Shown piece after piece: positions 38,524 to 52,290 of a DNA stretch of 64,000 nucleotides. The stretch is from positions 39,496,001 to 39,560,000 of the forward strand of contig NC_087436.1 of the NCBI RefSeq assembly GCF_036321535.1, written 5' to 3'. This DNA comes from Camelus dromedarius. Lineage: Eukaryota. Position numbers and translations under genes: made by a program. The stretch's first letter is position 1; each line of letters opens with the position of its first letter. A model generated the notes under the pieces. It did not search any database, was not told the DNA's origin, and worked only from the letters and a program-made list of their open reading frames with translations.

Positions 38524-39784
38524 ATAGAGATATAACCCAAAGATTAAGATAGTTACAAGATTAATGGAAGAAGGTAGAAGAGGAGCTTAAAAATAAATTT
38601 CATATGCTAATAAATAAGTATATAAATTCTCTGTTACTTTTGTTAAGAACACTGAATATATAGAGAACCATATAGACAACAGATTGAGGACAAAAAATAG
38701 CAAGAACTAATAGTAGCACTGGATGGGGAAAAGTGGCCCTCAAATTCTGTGAGGCCCCCTGGCCACAGGTGAGAGGCTTACTTGAAGCTGACTCTAGATT
38801 TTCTTGGGAATGGAATCAATGTCACACTATGTCTTTAGCTTTCATCCTCAAAGCTAAAATTCATGGCTTGACCTTGTGAAATTTAGTTTGCTTTTAAATA
38901 AAGTAAGTGAAGAGAACGTAAACATTTCAAGCCAACACAAGTAATTTCTTAAGGATTATCCACCTCAAGTATTCATTGCTCTTTCCATGACTGCCAACTA
39001 TTTGGGGATGGGTGTGTGTGGTGAGATGGGTGGGCAGTAAGAAGACAGCAGCTATGTTGTAGGTGGTGACCAAGCAGAGTCAGCTCTGGCAGAATGGAAT
39101 TCAGCTAGACAGTGTAATTTGAAAGCAGAGAAAGCCCTTGAGGTGTGAAGTGCCTCTTCATTAGTGGGCTTTTGGGCTAAAGTGTAACTTCTTGAAATTG
39201 CAGATGTCTTTGGAAAGCATAATATTATAAGTCATCATAAGCCACTAACATTGACAGCATTGGATTATTAACTGGTCATCAGTTGGCCCTGGAGTCGATA
39301 GAACGTATGATGGCATATTTAGATAGAAAGTTGGGAGTCAGATGTGTTCTAGATTGGAGAACTGTGTGTGGGGGAGATGATCCTGTGAGGAATCGACTGG
39401 TGCATGTGGACAGGATGGGCTGCAACATGAGAAAATCTGATTTCTAGAAAAGAAAGGACAGGAATAGAGAAAAGAAAGTTTGTGGAAAATGTAGGTAAAT
39501 ATCTAACTCTCCTGGTCCCCCCCCCCCCCCACTTTGTTTTGCAGAGGTGGTTTTGCTAGATTTTTAATAAAAGAGAGACTAGCTAATATCTTTTAAAGCT
39601 CTAAAGGAAAGAGTCCATTTTGGGGGGCAGAGCAGAGTACTGGGAGTAAGAAATGCTATAATTATTCAGGCTCTTAAGTCTGTTAAGTAACAGCTGTGTG
39701 GTTTGCTTATTCTCTGGTCCCATGAATGATCCTGGGACCTGCTTTTATGTATTAGAACTTAAAAAAAATACTAGCATTGATAAA

Positions 39785-42590
39785 AAGATCTATGAAAGGT
39801 TATTTATTAAAAACAGACTTACTGGTTTCCTACTGGGAAGTTTTCCATGCAGCTCTCGATTTTAAATTGCATTAGTGGTATCTATGTTTTATAGCCACCT
39901 CCTGCTCTGTCGCAGGCAAACACAAACCATCAAATGCCCACTTATTACCCGAAATCACCAGGCCCAAACTCTTCATTTTCTTATCATAGTTTATTGTTGT
40001 ACATATGAGGTACCATGCTACTATCAGAATTATATCCAGGTTTTTTATTTTAAAAAACTCAGAGAAAAAAATGTTTCCAGTAATTATCATTCAATGTGAA
40101 TGATGAGGATACTATAGCTATAAACATTGAAATAACCATTTCATTTCTTCCTGAGGAAGTTTCATATTTTAAGCAATGAAAAAGGAACTCTATACAAAGC
40201 TAGTTGAAAATCACATTATCTCTCATTCTTTTCTCATGTGTATTTATGTTACTTTCAGAAGAGCATAATAACCGGCTGGAAGATATAATGTAGAAAGTAG
40301 GCATGTTCTCTAGAATTTGATGTTTCCTTTCAGATATATGGAGTGGTCAAAATTCCTTTCAAAGGTTTGCTGCTCTCAGTAGCATAATACCTGTATTATG
40401 AGTGAGCACATTGTGGTATGATCTCTTCTTGTTTCTCCTCTCATTACACAAGCATCCAGTGTGTTTTTAACATTTCTTAAAGGGCAAACTGTGTAGTTGA
40501 CTCAGTTTACCTAGATGAAATTATGCCAGTAGCTTGGGCTAGAAGTTTAAGTGCACATCTCATCCTTGAAACATAGCGTATCAGTTTTTCTTTTCTTTTT
40601 TATCAGTAGAAATGTTGTTGTCAAAATGAAAACATGATACTGTATGTAACTGCTGGGGCCTAGTCTCACTATGTTTGACCCTCTTGAGACGGTTTCTTAA
40701 ATTAGTGGAGACAAAAGACCATGTTCATTTTCCCAGCATATTGAACATGTGCTGCTTCAAAACAGGCAGCATAAGCGTGAAGATTGAGTTTGACATATTT
40801 TTCCAAATGACTTTGATTTTGCTTTTCAGTCAGGGGTCTTAAAAACTGATTGTTTCTGCCAATAGCCTGTTTGTTGCAAAATCAGTGTGTCATTTGAGTT
40901 CATAACACTTAAAAATTTTCACTAATAATTATAATGTAATTTAAAAAATTTATAGTGAGTGGAAGGATCTCAAAATTTGTTTTCTAGTTAATGAATCATC
41001 AATAGAGTTTAGTTTTACACATTAAAATGACAATGAAAATATCTGGGCATATCTTTTTTTTCTAATCATACTTTTGATAACATTTTACAAAGGCTTATGT
41101 AATCATAGCAGGGAATTTATTTACTACTTCATTTCCTATGTGTACAGTATATTTAAAATTTAAGTAAATATAAACACAGGAAAATAAGCATGACATTTTA
41201 TTTTTTGAATGTCTTATTAATCATATAATCATTAAAAATTTAAGTGTAAATATATTTTAAGAACTGTGCCTGGTTCATCTTTGTACTTCTTCCATTTAAT
41301 TTAGTAGATAATCGCCAAATTTAACTATTTCCTATTATCTTCCATAAGAATGATGTATGAAATACTCTAAAAAAATGGGATTCAGCTTTGCTTATATTTT
41401 TCTGCATTGTATCATTGCAAATATCAGATTAAAAATCATATATTAATTTGTTTTTTGTAATAGATCTCTACATTACATATTTTCATTCTGAATTATCTAA
41501 AGAAATGTAGTTTTTCTATAATTTAACATAAGTAACCCAATATATCATCTAGAGAAATTGTCCTTAGTATTCATTTAATAGGTTTTATGCTGGGGAACAT
41601 TAAAAAACAGTTATTTACATTGTAAATCAATATGTTTCTGGAGATGATACACACGTCAGATTCTATGCAAGCATTTCTATAGAACCAGTAAGGACTACTG
41701 GAGTTGATTTGCAGCTCAGAGAAAAGGGACATAAGTTGTCAATCATATATCTTTAGACACCTACAATTTGTGCTGTTAGAGGATTTGGTTAGTACACTTT
41801 AGATTATTGTTTACTGTTTTGGTATACTCAGTGTGTTTCTATTTCTCAACCAATGGCTTCACAACATATCTTTCAGTATAACAATTACGTTATGATAGAA
41901 AAGTTAGTAACTTTTGCATAAATGCACTAGACTATATGTATGAAAAATCACTTTTTTTTGCTATAGCACTTATCTTTTTTTTTTTTTTGGATGCAGATAA
42001 AGCTCATACGTAACTTTTCCAGTCTGCTCTAGCACAAATTGTAATTGACAATTCTTTCTAAATACTTCAGTGAATTTATATTTTGGCAAGCATTTTTGAT
42101 GAGTATTACGCTTTGGCGTTTTATGCTACATTGTGATGCTTACTTTGCTTTTTTGTAGGACACTTTATAGAATCAAAGAATAAGAAAACATCGTACAGGC
42201 AAACAGCGGTCTAAAAATCTACAGAGACACAATCTTAGTTGATACATAAAAGTGTAAATATTACTACGAAATGGAACAGTTCTGCATCTGTGTTTGATAT
42301 TTATACTGGTTGCTATTGATTTCCACATGAGTGCACAGTAGTCTGTAATAATCCCACAGGCTCAGACACCAGTTAAGAGAAAGGACCTGGGCCTCAAGGC
42401 TTGTAACTTTCTCTTTTTTGTTTCTAATCATCCAAGTGCCAGCACATGGAAGGAACTTTGTTCTTTTTTTTTTGTTTTTTCTCATTTGAAGAGGTATATT
42501 TTTTTACACAGCCTTTTGGTAGCTTCTGGAAGCTTTGGGAGAGGTGAGCATTACAATGAGGGCCGAGTCTCGAGAAGTTTCCTCTCAGTG
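39785..42590 (-). other. NDST3: NDST3 3'UTR (approximate end)
   Basis: Repeat-poor AT-rich stretch after the stop codon. AATAAA on the minus strand at 39808-39803, with alternatives such as 39995-39990. The end is inferred. Confidence 0.5.
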
Positions 42591-42710
42591 CTATCTCACT
42601 TTCTGCAGCTCCTGTCTCAGCCAGGCCGGCAGAGGATGCCCCAGTTTGTACAGCAGCTTGGAGAGTTCCACGTTGTGATCACGATAGTAGCTGGACAGAA
42701 ATGCTCTGCT
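42591..42710 (-). CDS. NDST3: NDST3 last coding exon ([39 protein letters not shown])
   Basis: Acceptor ctcctctggccccag|, 39 codons then TAG at 42593-42591. The C-terminus LRQELQKVR matches NDST3 as I recall it. Confidence 0.95.
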   Translation of the reverse strand, partial: SRAFLSSYYRDHNVELSKLLYKLGHPLPAWLRQELQKVR

Positions 42711-45018
42711 CTGGGGCCAGAGGAGGAGATGAAAGGATATTTCATTTTGATTGTCAAAGTATATATTTTGTATACTTGGACAATATTTAAATCTGTATCA
42801 AGTACGCGGTACTGGTTTAAAACTGCTATAAAGCATATGGACTGTTTATTTAGCACAATATAAACACAGGGACTCTATTCTTCAAAATACATACTTTGCA
42901 CATATAACGCTGTTTTTACTAGGGAAAGGGCTTTCCTACCAGATATGTGACCTATCTGTGCAGAGTTAAATGTTAAAACAACTAGACTGAGTTGCTAGAA
43001 ATATAGCTGTAGCAACTGACTGGGCCTAATATTACGTTCTATTAAAATCATCCTGGCTTTGGAGAAAGAGCTGGTTTGGTAAATCTATAAAATCAAATAT
43101 TCTTTTGTCATCATTAATTTACATTTATATTTTAAATATAATATTTTCTTAAGAGATCTTTTAAGGCATATACAAAGTACTGACTGCTAAAACAGTACTT
43201 TGGTAAACCTTAAAAAAAGGTTGTAGGTAAACAAGGTAAACCTATAACCTGGTATGTTTTATTATTTGACACAAGGAAGGGAAGGAATGCCCTGCAAACT
43301 ATTCTGACTCACAAGGAGGCAGATTTCCCTTCAATAAAGACAAATAACTGAAATGGTCAGAAGTGGAAAGTGCTGATGGCATTTAGTGGGGTTTATATGC
43401 AGTTTAGATGACTGTTATTAGGAATGTTGTGAAGGGGGATTTCTGCATCTGTATCTGTAACCTCCCTGCTTTAGACTATTCTGAGATTTTTTAGTTGAGC
43501 TGAATCTTTAAAAAGTTTTTATTTAATTCCTGGTGTGCTGTTTGTTTTAAACACATAGAAAAATATTTCACCTTGTATTGATAATTTCACTATAACATAG
43601 TGATTTTTGCAGTAATTATGATCATTGGAACGAGACTGAACATTTGTACTATATTCTAACATCGCTGTGATCAAGGGAGAACCCAAACCTTTCTGTAGTT
43701 TATGCGTCAGTCTGTCTCATTTCTCTGTTTCTGGTCTTCAGTCATTAGCTCTAAACCACTGACAAGCCCAGCTGGCAGACCCAGGCCAGGGGACGGTATG
43801 GATAAATGATATTTCCCAGATACCCCACCCAGGGGCCTGCTCATCCTATGCCCTTTTTGCTGCCAGCCAGGTCTGGACTCCATGAATAAGCTCTAGGTCT
43901 TAATGCAGAGTCTGAGTTTCGAATTTACCCACTGTGTTCTCTCTTACCATCTCACTTTGCATTGTTCCTCTTTACAATGGAAGCCTTGTTTAGAAAAATA
44001 GCAGCCCAGGGCTGCCCAGCTCCTGCCAGCTTGCCCCCTAATATTTCCCATATGACAAAGGATTATCTAACATCTTAACTAACTTTGGAATTGAACCTTC
44101 TGGGTCCATATATACTACACATCCCTTTGGCTCGTACCTTTTAATACTGAGGATTATCTTACCTCAATTTATTGGCCTTTTTGGCATTATCTTCAAACCT
44201 CGCTGCTGGTATCAGGGCTGCTTTTGTAGTCACCCCCTGGTCCTGTGCCCCATTATGTGTGTATGTCTGTCCTCATAATCATGTCCCCATAATCAAGTAC
44301 CCCTTCCTCTTGTTGCTCTGCTCCCTCATGCGGCAAGATAACTGATACAGGATTTGCAAAGTACACCATGCCCTATTTGAGAGTCTAATATGTTCAGGCC
44401 AGAAGTTACTAGGACAGAAATCAGTGATGTGCAGGATTCATCGTACACACATTACCTGATGATCATTCAAAGAGGGAACTATTTTAGATGGTGAGATCAC
44501 AGATAATATATATGCTAATGTATGCTAATGTAGTCTACTTCATGAAAACTCGTGAAATTAACGTAATAAGAGGGAATAATAATAATATACACTTTTATCA
44601 TATAAAATATGATAAAAGAAGGAATCACATAATAACTTCAATTATCAGGTTGTTTATTGTTTAAAGGATCTATCATATGCTTTTGATTTGGAGAGGTGAT
44701 AGACTTAGTGGTTAATATAAAATGTCAGTTTTTATTCCTTTCGTATAATATATTTTGATCAACAAAGTCAGAGTGGAAGCAGGCCAACAACGTTCTTAAT
44801 TTCCAGGATGAAATGCATCCTTTGATGTTTTAGAGATACTTGTAGGGAAGGGTGCTGGTGTTTTTCTGTAGTAGAAGGAGAACAAGCAGTGTGGTGACAG
44901 TTCTCCCTACTCTGATGTTCCACACGTTTATGTTTCTAGTACCTCCATGAAGTGTCCTGAGAGGTCACTATTTGTACGAAATCAGCTACTCTACTCCCTC
45001 AAGTAAACCTAGTATGTA

Positions 45019-45800
45019 TGTGGTATTGTGATATAATAAGAAATACTTATTTGGTTTTTGTCTCTGGTTTCTGGCACAGAGCTCCTACAACCCTTGTAAT
45101 TTCCTGAGTGACAGGGGTGAGAACAGGGGTGTCTTTTGTTATTTATAACAAGTTCCTTTAAACCTTACCTGAGTTTCTGAGTTTATGCTCATGAGGTGAC
45201 TCTTATGGGCCCCTAGATAGCTTCATATAGGGGCTGGTTGCTAGAGGAACCAAACATGTAATTAGAGGGTTGGAACTTTCAGCCCCACCCTCTGACTTCT
45301 GGGGAAGGGGAAGGGCCTGGGGTTTGAGTTAATCACCTATGGCCAATTGCTGAATCAAGCATGCCTATGTGATGGAACCTCTATGATGCCTCAGGATTGG
45401 TAAATGCATCCATCTGCTCGGAGGATGGTACACCCCAGACTCCTGTGCTCAGGACCCTTCTGGACCTTGTCCTACATACCTTCATTTATAATAATAGGAA
45501 GTGACGTGTTTCCTTGTATTGTATGGATGGTTATAGCAAATTATGAAACCTAAAGTGGGGGTTGTGGGAACCCCTGGTTTGTAGCCAAGCTGGACAGAAG
45601 TATGAGTAACCTGGGAACCTACTACTTGCTACTGGAGTCTGAAGGGGGGCATTTTTGTGGGACTGAGCCCTCAACCTGTGGGGACTTTGCTATCCCTGGG
45701 TAGTTAGTGTCAGAACTGAATTAAATTGTAGGACAGCTAGTTGGTGTCTGCAAAAAATTATAGAAAACCCACACATTTGGTGTCAGAGGTATTTGAGAAA
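45019..45800. mobile_element. MER21-like solo LTR in the last NDST3 intron
   Basis: Begins tgtggtattgtgatataataagaaatac…ctggcacagagctcctacaacccttg; ends aaaacccacacatttggtgtcaga. Confidence 0.8.
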
Positions 45801-47170
45801 AAACATCTTAGGAATGTATTACGTTGTTGAGAGGTACGGAAATACTGATATCCTGAAAAGTTATGTTTTTCTCATCTTTCTCTACCACCAAATTTAGTAT
45901 TATGTCCAGTATGTCTGTGTTTGATAGGAGTAAAGTGAAATGCTACGAAAGATGTTCTAGTGTCTTCTAAATGTTTTAGTTTTAATAAATATATAGAGAA
46001 ATAGCTTTGACATACATGAAAACAAGGTATTTTATATTACTGTGTTGAAAGACTTTGGAAATCACCCTTGAATATTTATGTATAAGGATTGTTTTCATAG
46101 TGCTTTGAAGGTATATTTTAATAATCCACTGAAGAAAACTGGAGTTCTGAGAATGCAATTTGTTCATCAAAACAACAGGAAGAGCCCACACAATGCCTTT
46201 TCGATAGAATTTAATTATGAGCTTAGTGAGGACAGGCCCGATCTCTATCAGGCTGGAATAAAAAAAAAAGGTCCTCAGAGTCTTCAAGTATTAAAAAATA
46301 CTCAGATAAGTTCAGACCATGTTAGGATTCTAAGACCACTATAGGATTCTTAGTTAACATAATGTATTAAACATTGTGGGAAAACAATACCAAATAATAT
46401 TTAAATTCTTTAGTTAAAAATTTTTTTTTCACACAGTCAACCTACTTGCATTCTTATGTCCATACTGTATGTCAACTGGATTGATTACAAAATCAAAACA
46501 GTTAATAAATTTTAATATGTGTGAAATAAGCATTAAACTAAAACAAAATAGGGTTTACAAACTGGGAAAATGGTAACATTAAGTGATCACCATGTCACTA
46601 TTCTGAACAAAATAAACATGAGGTACTAGACACCTACTGCAAAGTTTGGTTTCTCCATTCTCCAGAGCCTAAATTATCTGCTAGTATGTTAAACATTTGG
46701 GAAGTATATTCATTCTTTCATCTTATTAGCCTATTAGTGGTTCCAAGCTTAGCCTACCAGTAGTTAATATTATTATGCAGGCCACCCTTACTACTATAGA
46801 GTGACTTAGGCAGTGGAAAAAAAAATCTTTTGGTCCTATTTTCAATTTCCAGTTGATGTATTTCCTGTCTTGGTTTCAGTTAACATTTTCAGTGCTAAAA
46901 TTTCTGTGTATCATTCTCCTTGGAATGAGATGTTGCCTTCTTTGTTCTGACTCAAAATGGCAAATTCTATTGTTTTCCTTTATTCTTACATGACAGGTAA
47001 TATATCACTGGAAAAATCCAAACAAGCAACCTGGATGCATTCAAGTTCAAATGTCACTTTTAATTTTTATAAAGAATGGATTTTTACTTTGATCACTTTT
47101 CTAAGAAACTTGATTTATTATTATTTATCACTTTGCTTACTTAGTTTGTATTTTTAAGCTCTGTACTTAC

Positions 47171-47273
47171 ATCAGGATCCATTGGAGGGTATTTTCTTCC
47201 TTTGCTCTTTCCAAGGCATTTTGTTTTACCTTCTTCCAGTAACTGACACCAGAAACCTTTATGAGAATCAAAC
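47171..47273 (-). CDS. NDST3: NDST3 penultimate coding exon ([34 protein letters not shown])
   Basis: Acceptor tatttttttag| and donor gat|gtaagt. Contains the [12 protein letters not shown]-binding motif. Confidence 0.96.
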
Positions 47274-47446
47274 CTAAAAAAATACAAAATACAAAGCACA
47301 AAAAAGTATTTTTTTAAAGTTATAAATTATTTTATTACCATAAAAGGGCAGAATTTTGGGAATAAAGAAGGGGTGGGACGGTAAACCTTCTTCTAAAATT
47401 TTCATATGAAACTTTTGCCCTGAGTAATTATTGGTTAGTCAATTAA

Positions 47447-47676
47447 ATTTTTTTCTTTTTTCTTTTTTAAACTTTTTTTTATTGAGTTACAGTCAGTTTA
47501 CAATGTTGTGTCAAATTCCAGTGTAGAGCACAATTTTTCAGTTTTACATGAACTTACATATATTCATTGTCACATTTTTTTTTTGCTGTGAGCTACCACA
47601 AGATCTTGTATATATTTCCCTGTGCTATACAGTATAATCTTGTTTATCTATTCTGCATGTGCCTGTCAGTATCTAC
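47447..47676 (-). mobile_element. Young L1 3'-end fragment with poly(A) tail
   Basis: T-tract 47447-47480 followed by attgagttacagtcagtttacaatgttgtgtcaaattccagtgtagagc…ccctgtgctatacagt. Confidence 0.85.
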
Positions 47677-48829
47677 CAAAAAAGTATTTTTAAAGCAACT
47701 TATAAGATATAATGACCAAAAACATTAATCTTTTTATTTGGATAGTAATCTATAACCAGGGAAACTGGCATGTTTTTTGACCACATCACTTTGCATAAAG
47801 TCTTTTGGCATATTTCTGAATTCTCAGTCCATCTGTCATATTTGTGAGTTTGCCAGATTCCTAATAGAAAAATTGTCAGCAGAAGGTCTGCTATTAATAG
47901 AAATTAATAAGCCTACCTCCTTCATCTGGAAGGAAAAAGTTTTATAAATTGCAAGCCTCGTCTTTCCCTTTGCAGGGTTTAAAAATGACAAGTTAGTCTT
48001 CATCCATATCTATGGATTTACATAGTACTTGTACCATTCAACTGTAGGGTAATAGAAGAGAGAGGGTTTTGGTGTGCCACGGAGTGAATAATTTTAGGAT
48101 TCTTTAGTTATAATCCAGTTAATTTTTTTCCAGAGCCACTTTCTTATTTTGGTATTCTGTATTAAAGTAATAACACCCAGAAATGAGGATTTTCATGGCA
48201 TAATTATAATCAAAATAATAGTAGCACATTAAATTTATATTTCACTTTACCCAAGTATTTCATATAACCCTTTCTTACTTGAGCTCTCCTTATAACCTCT
48301 TGACGATATGGAGTATAGGATTTGTCCCATTTAATGGCACTTAGAATAGTGTTTGGCTCTTTGTGAATGTTCACCAAATGTTAGTTAAATAAAAAATGAA
48401 AAAGAAGGAAATGTTTGTCAAGGTTTATTTATTTTGGACTATATGCATTTTCAGTATGCAGGTGATGACTCAAGTTTAGGCCTCCAGACCCTAGGTCCAG
48501 GGTCTTTTCTTCACTGGTCTCTGGGTATGTTTTGTATTATCATTCATTATGAAAAAAATAATAATTTCTATGCTTGAATATAGAAGTGAAAGTAACAGTC
48601 AACAATGAGAATTCTTTCATGTTGCTTTTGTTATTCAGTGATTCTGCTGCTCTAATTTCTTCTTCATTAGGGAGAATTATCATTTAGGGCCACTTTTTCC
48701 TTTTGTCTTTAATCCATATTACTTCTCAGAATACTGCTTCTAACTTTTTCTTAAAACTACAGTGTGAACAATGAGCAATGGAAAATTGAAATAAAAACAT
48801 TTAAATTAGCATTAAAACATGAAGTATCT

Positions 48830-49245
48830 AGGGATAAAAAAGAATGAAATTTTGCCACTTGTAGCCACATGGATGGACTTGGAAGGTATTATGCTGAGTG
48901 AAATAAGTCAGACAGAGAAAGACAAATACTGCATGATATCACTTATATGGGTAATCTAAAAAATACAACAAACTAGTGAATATAACAAAAAGGAAGCAGA
49001 CTCACAGATGTAGAGAACAAACTAGTGGTTACCACTGGGGAGAGGGAAGTGGGGAGGGGCAAGATAGGGTAGGTGAGTAAGAGGTACAAACTATTAGCTA
49101 TAAAATAAGCTACAAGGATATATTATACAACACAGGAAATACAGCCAGTATTTTATAATAACTATAAACTATAAATGGAGTATATAACCTTTAAAAATTG
49201 TGAATCACTATATTGCACACCTGTACCTCAACTATACTTCAATGA
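48830..49245 (+). mobile_element. L1 3'-end fragment
   Basis: aaaaagaatgaaattttgcca…catggatggacttggaaggtattatgctgagtgaaataagtcagacagagaaagacaaatact…tcaactatacttcaat. Confidence 0.88.
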
Positions 49246-49249
49246 AAAT

Positions 49250-49750
49250 ATTATAGCCACTTTGGAAAATTATATGACCCACCAATCCCATTTCTAGGTA
49301 TTTACCTAGAAGAAATGAGAATATATGTCCACACAAAGGTCTGTACACAAATGCTCACAGTAGTTTTGTTCATAATAGCCCCCAAATGGAAACAATCCTA
49401 TGTCTGTCAACTGGTGAAAGGCTAACCAAATTGTGATATATCTGAAAATTGGAGTACTACTTAGCAATAAAAAAGAACCTAGTTACTGATAAGTGTAACA
49501 ACATGGAGGAATGTCAAACGCATTACGCTAAGTGAAAGAAAGAAGAGTGGTTACTAGGGGTCAGGGGTGAGCAGAAAGGATTGACTGCAAAAGTGCATGA
49601 GGAAACTTTTTGGATTAATGGAAATGTTCTATATCTTGATTGTGATGGCATGTATACAACTGTACATGTTTGTCAAAATTCATCAAACTACAATTAAAAT
49701 GGGTAGATTTCATTATATGTAAATTATACATTAATAAAGCTGATTTAAAA
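49250..49750 (+). mobile_element. Older L1M (L1MB-like) 3' end
   Basis: caatcccatttctaggtatttacc…atatatgtccacacaaa…gtaaattatacattaataaagctg. Confidence 0.8.
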
Positions 49751-51419
49751 TATACTATGATTGTGTGATTTGGAGTTGTTCTGCAGCTAATCTTGTAGAC
49801 TATAACTAAAGCTGTGTGAAAAGAAGGCAAACCTCCATTTCTGCCTCTGCACTGCTTTGGGTATTAGAGACGCTAAAGGATTACTCACATCCCACTTATG
49901 CAAAGCCCGTTTCTGCTCATTATTAAAGCAGTTGTGTGAGATCAGGACACAACATGATATGTCTTCATGTTGTTTATACTGTTTTTGGAGTCAGTAAGGC
50001 AACTGAATAAATTGTTTCATGCTCAGAGACAGAAGAAAGGAGAGCATTAATAAAGACTATGATTGAAATAATCTATACATGAAAGCTGGAAAGCTCTAAT
50101 ACAACAGCATTTCTGGAATTCTGCTATTGATGTAGTATTTTTCCTGAACATTTTGTCTTTAGTAACTTCCATAATTGAATTCTGACTGATTTGAAGTATT
50201 CAAGTGATAAAATTTAGAATCCAGACCAGCTATTATAATTTTTTTAAATTAAAATACCTAACTATAGATTCATGTGTGAAACATGCACCATGCCTTATGT
50301 TAAAATGAACAGCCTTCTGACAGAATATTTCTTTAAGAAACACTAAACTTTACACATATTAAAGTTAAAAATCAAAAGAGAAATAGGTTTTTCTTTCACC
50401 TCTGCTAATTGATTACGTCTCATGCAGTGGGCTGTCATGCTCAGTTTTACTGAAAAAAATGTGTGCATGTGTAGCTGACACCTAGCCCAGATATCTGTAT
50501 GCATAGGTTCGCAGGTGGCGGTATAAGTGTATCACAGTGGAAATGAAAAGGAGGTGAATGTAGAAGGGAGATCATATTTATTTTCCAGGTGGCCTGAAGT
50601 AGAAGGTGGAGGGATTAATGCTGATGAAGGATCTTGTGAGTTTGAGGACATAAGCAATTTAGAGCCCCTGTGAAGAAGCATGAAAGGAGATGGAGAAAGA
50701 TCTTCTCCCACATCTGTTCAGATTAGCCTCAGTACTACTGCAATGTGGCAGAACAGCAAGGAAGCCTTTCTGTGTTGGCTGTGGCAGCTAGTTATTTCAC
50801 ACAGACACTAGTAATGGCTAGGACCCTCCTTTAAAGGCTTTCAGGAAGTGAACATTTTGGAGAAAATTCTATGTGCTGTTGAGTGTCTCTCCATGGTTAC
50901 CCCTTCTTGGAGGTAGGGATACTTTATCATTGTGTCCCCAGAGTCTTGCACATAATAGTCATTCAATAAATCTTTGTTGAATTAAAGAATAAAACTAGAA
51001 TGGACTGGTTCTTAAGTTTGTGGAATATCACCTGGGGACGTCTAGAAATAACTGGAAGACACTTATGGGCAGGGACAATCAAGATTCTCCAATGATTCAG
51101 CCTCCAACTGGTAATATCTCTATGTTAATGAAAATGTGACTTTAATTTTACTCTTGGGAAGGTGAATCCCAGGGAGCATTTAGATTACACTTAGAAAGTT
51201 CAAGAATGTTTGAAATATCTTTAAATTGAAATAACATGTCTGTGAAAGAATACTGAATTGCAAATAGTGCAAGTAAATTTCAAAGCCAAAACACCATTAT
51301 TTAGGTGTTACTAATATGGAACAAGCACAGAAGTTTTTAAAAGTCTGTTCCCTCTCTATAAACAGAATTTTATGATGTAATGAACCATTTTACTGATACA
51401 TATTTTATTTTTAGCAGCT

Positions 51420-51693
51420 GTTTTAGAAAAATTGAACTATAGTCAGTTTACAATGTGTCAATTTCTAGTGTACAGCATAATAGTTCAGTCATGCATGTAT
51501 ATACATATATTCGTTTTCATATTCTTTTTCATTATAGGTTACTACAAGATATTGAATATAGTTCCCTGTGCTACAGTAGAAACTTGCTGTTTATCTGTTT
51601 TATATATAGTAGTTAGTATCTGCAGATCTCGAACTCCAATTTATCCCTTCCCACTTCCTTCCCCCACTGGTAACCATAAGTTTATTTTCTGTA
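51420..51693 (-). mobile_element. L1 3'-end fragment with TSD, nested at the tail of an older L1
   Basis: Same family as the 5.7 and 59 kb copies. Direct repeat ttttagcagct at 51409-51419 and 51694-51704. Confidence 0.85.
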
Positions 51694-51704
51694 TTTTAGC
51701 AGCT

Positions 51705-52290
51705 TTTTTGAGATATAATTTACATATCATAACACAGATTTTAAGTGTACATTTCAGTGATCTGTAGCAGATTTATATAGCTGTGTAGTTTTAGAACATT
51801 CCAGTTTTAGAACATTTCCACCTCCCCCTCCAAAATTCCTTGGAGCCCACTGAAGTTAATCCCTATTGTCACCCCCAGTCCTAGGCAAGCACTCATCTGC
51901 TTTCTTTCTCAAAATTTATCTCTTCTGAACATTTCCTTTTTTTTTTTTGAGGTGTGGATATGCCAATTTTTTAAAAATCTGTTAACCAGATTGGTTCCAG
52001 GTTTTGGCTATTATGAATAATGCTGCTGCGAACAAGTCTATGTGGATGTAGATTTTCATTTCTTTGGGGGTAGATTCCTAGGAATGGAATTGGATTAGTT
52101 ATATGCTTCTGTTTAATTTTTAAGAAACTGCAAAACTGCTTTTCTAAAGTGGCCATATATTATACATTACTTTCAGTAACATATGAGGTTTCCAGTTTCT
52201 TTACATTCTTGCCAACATTTGGTATTGTCTTTTGGATTACAGCCATTCTAATGGTATTTCAATGTGATTTTAATTTGCATAGTGCCATGA
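51705..52290 (-). mobile_element. Older L1M 3' fragment
   Basis: ttttttgagatataatttacatatcataa…ttccaggttttggctattatgaataatgctgct…cagccattctaatgg. Confidence 0.8.

Noticed and set aside
42486..42863. 125-aa plus-strand ORF and 79-aa minus-strand ORF
   Set aside because: Antisense and out-of-frame overlaps of the NDST3 last exon.
50506..50522. Second CTCF-like motif (gttcgcaggtggcggt)
   Set aside because: Lacks the conserved 5' CC of the core, so the match is too weak to call by eye.
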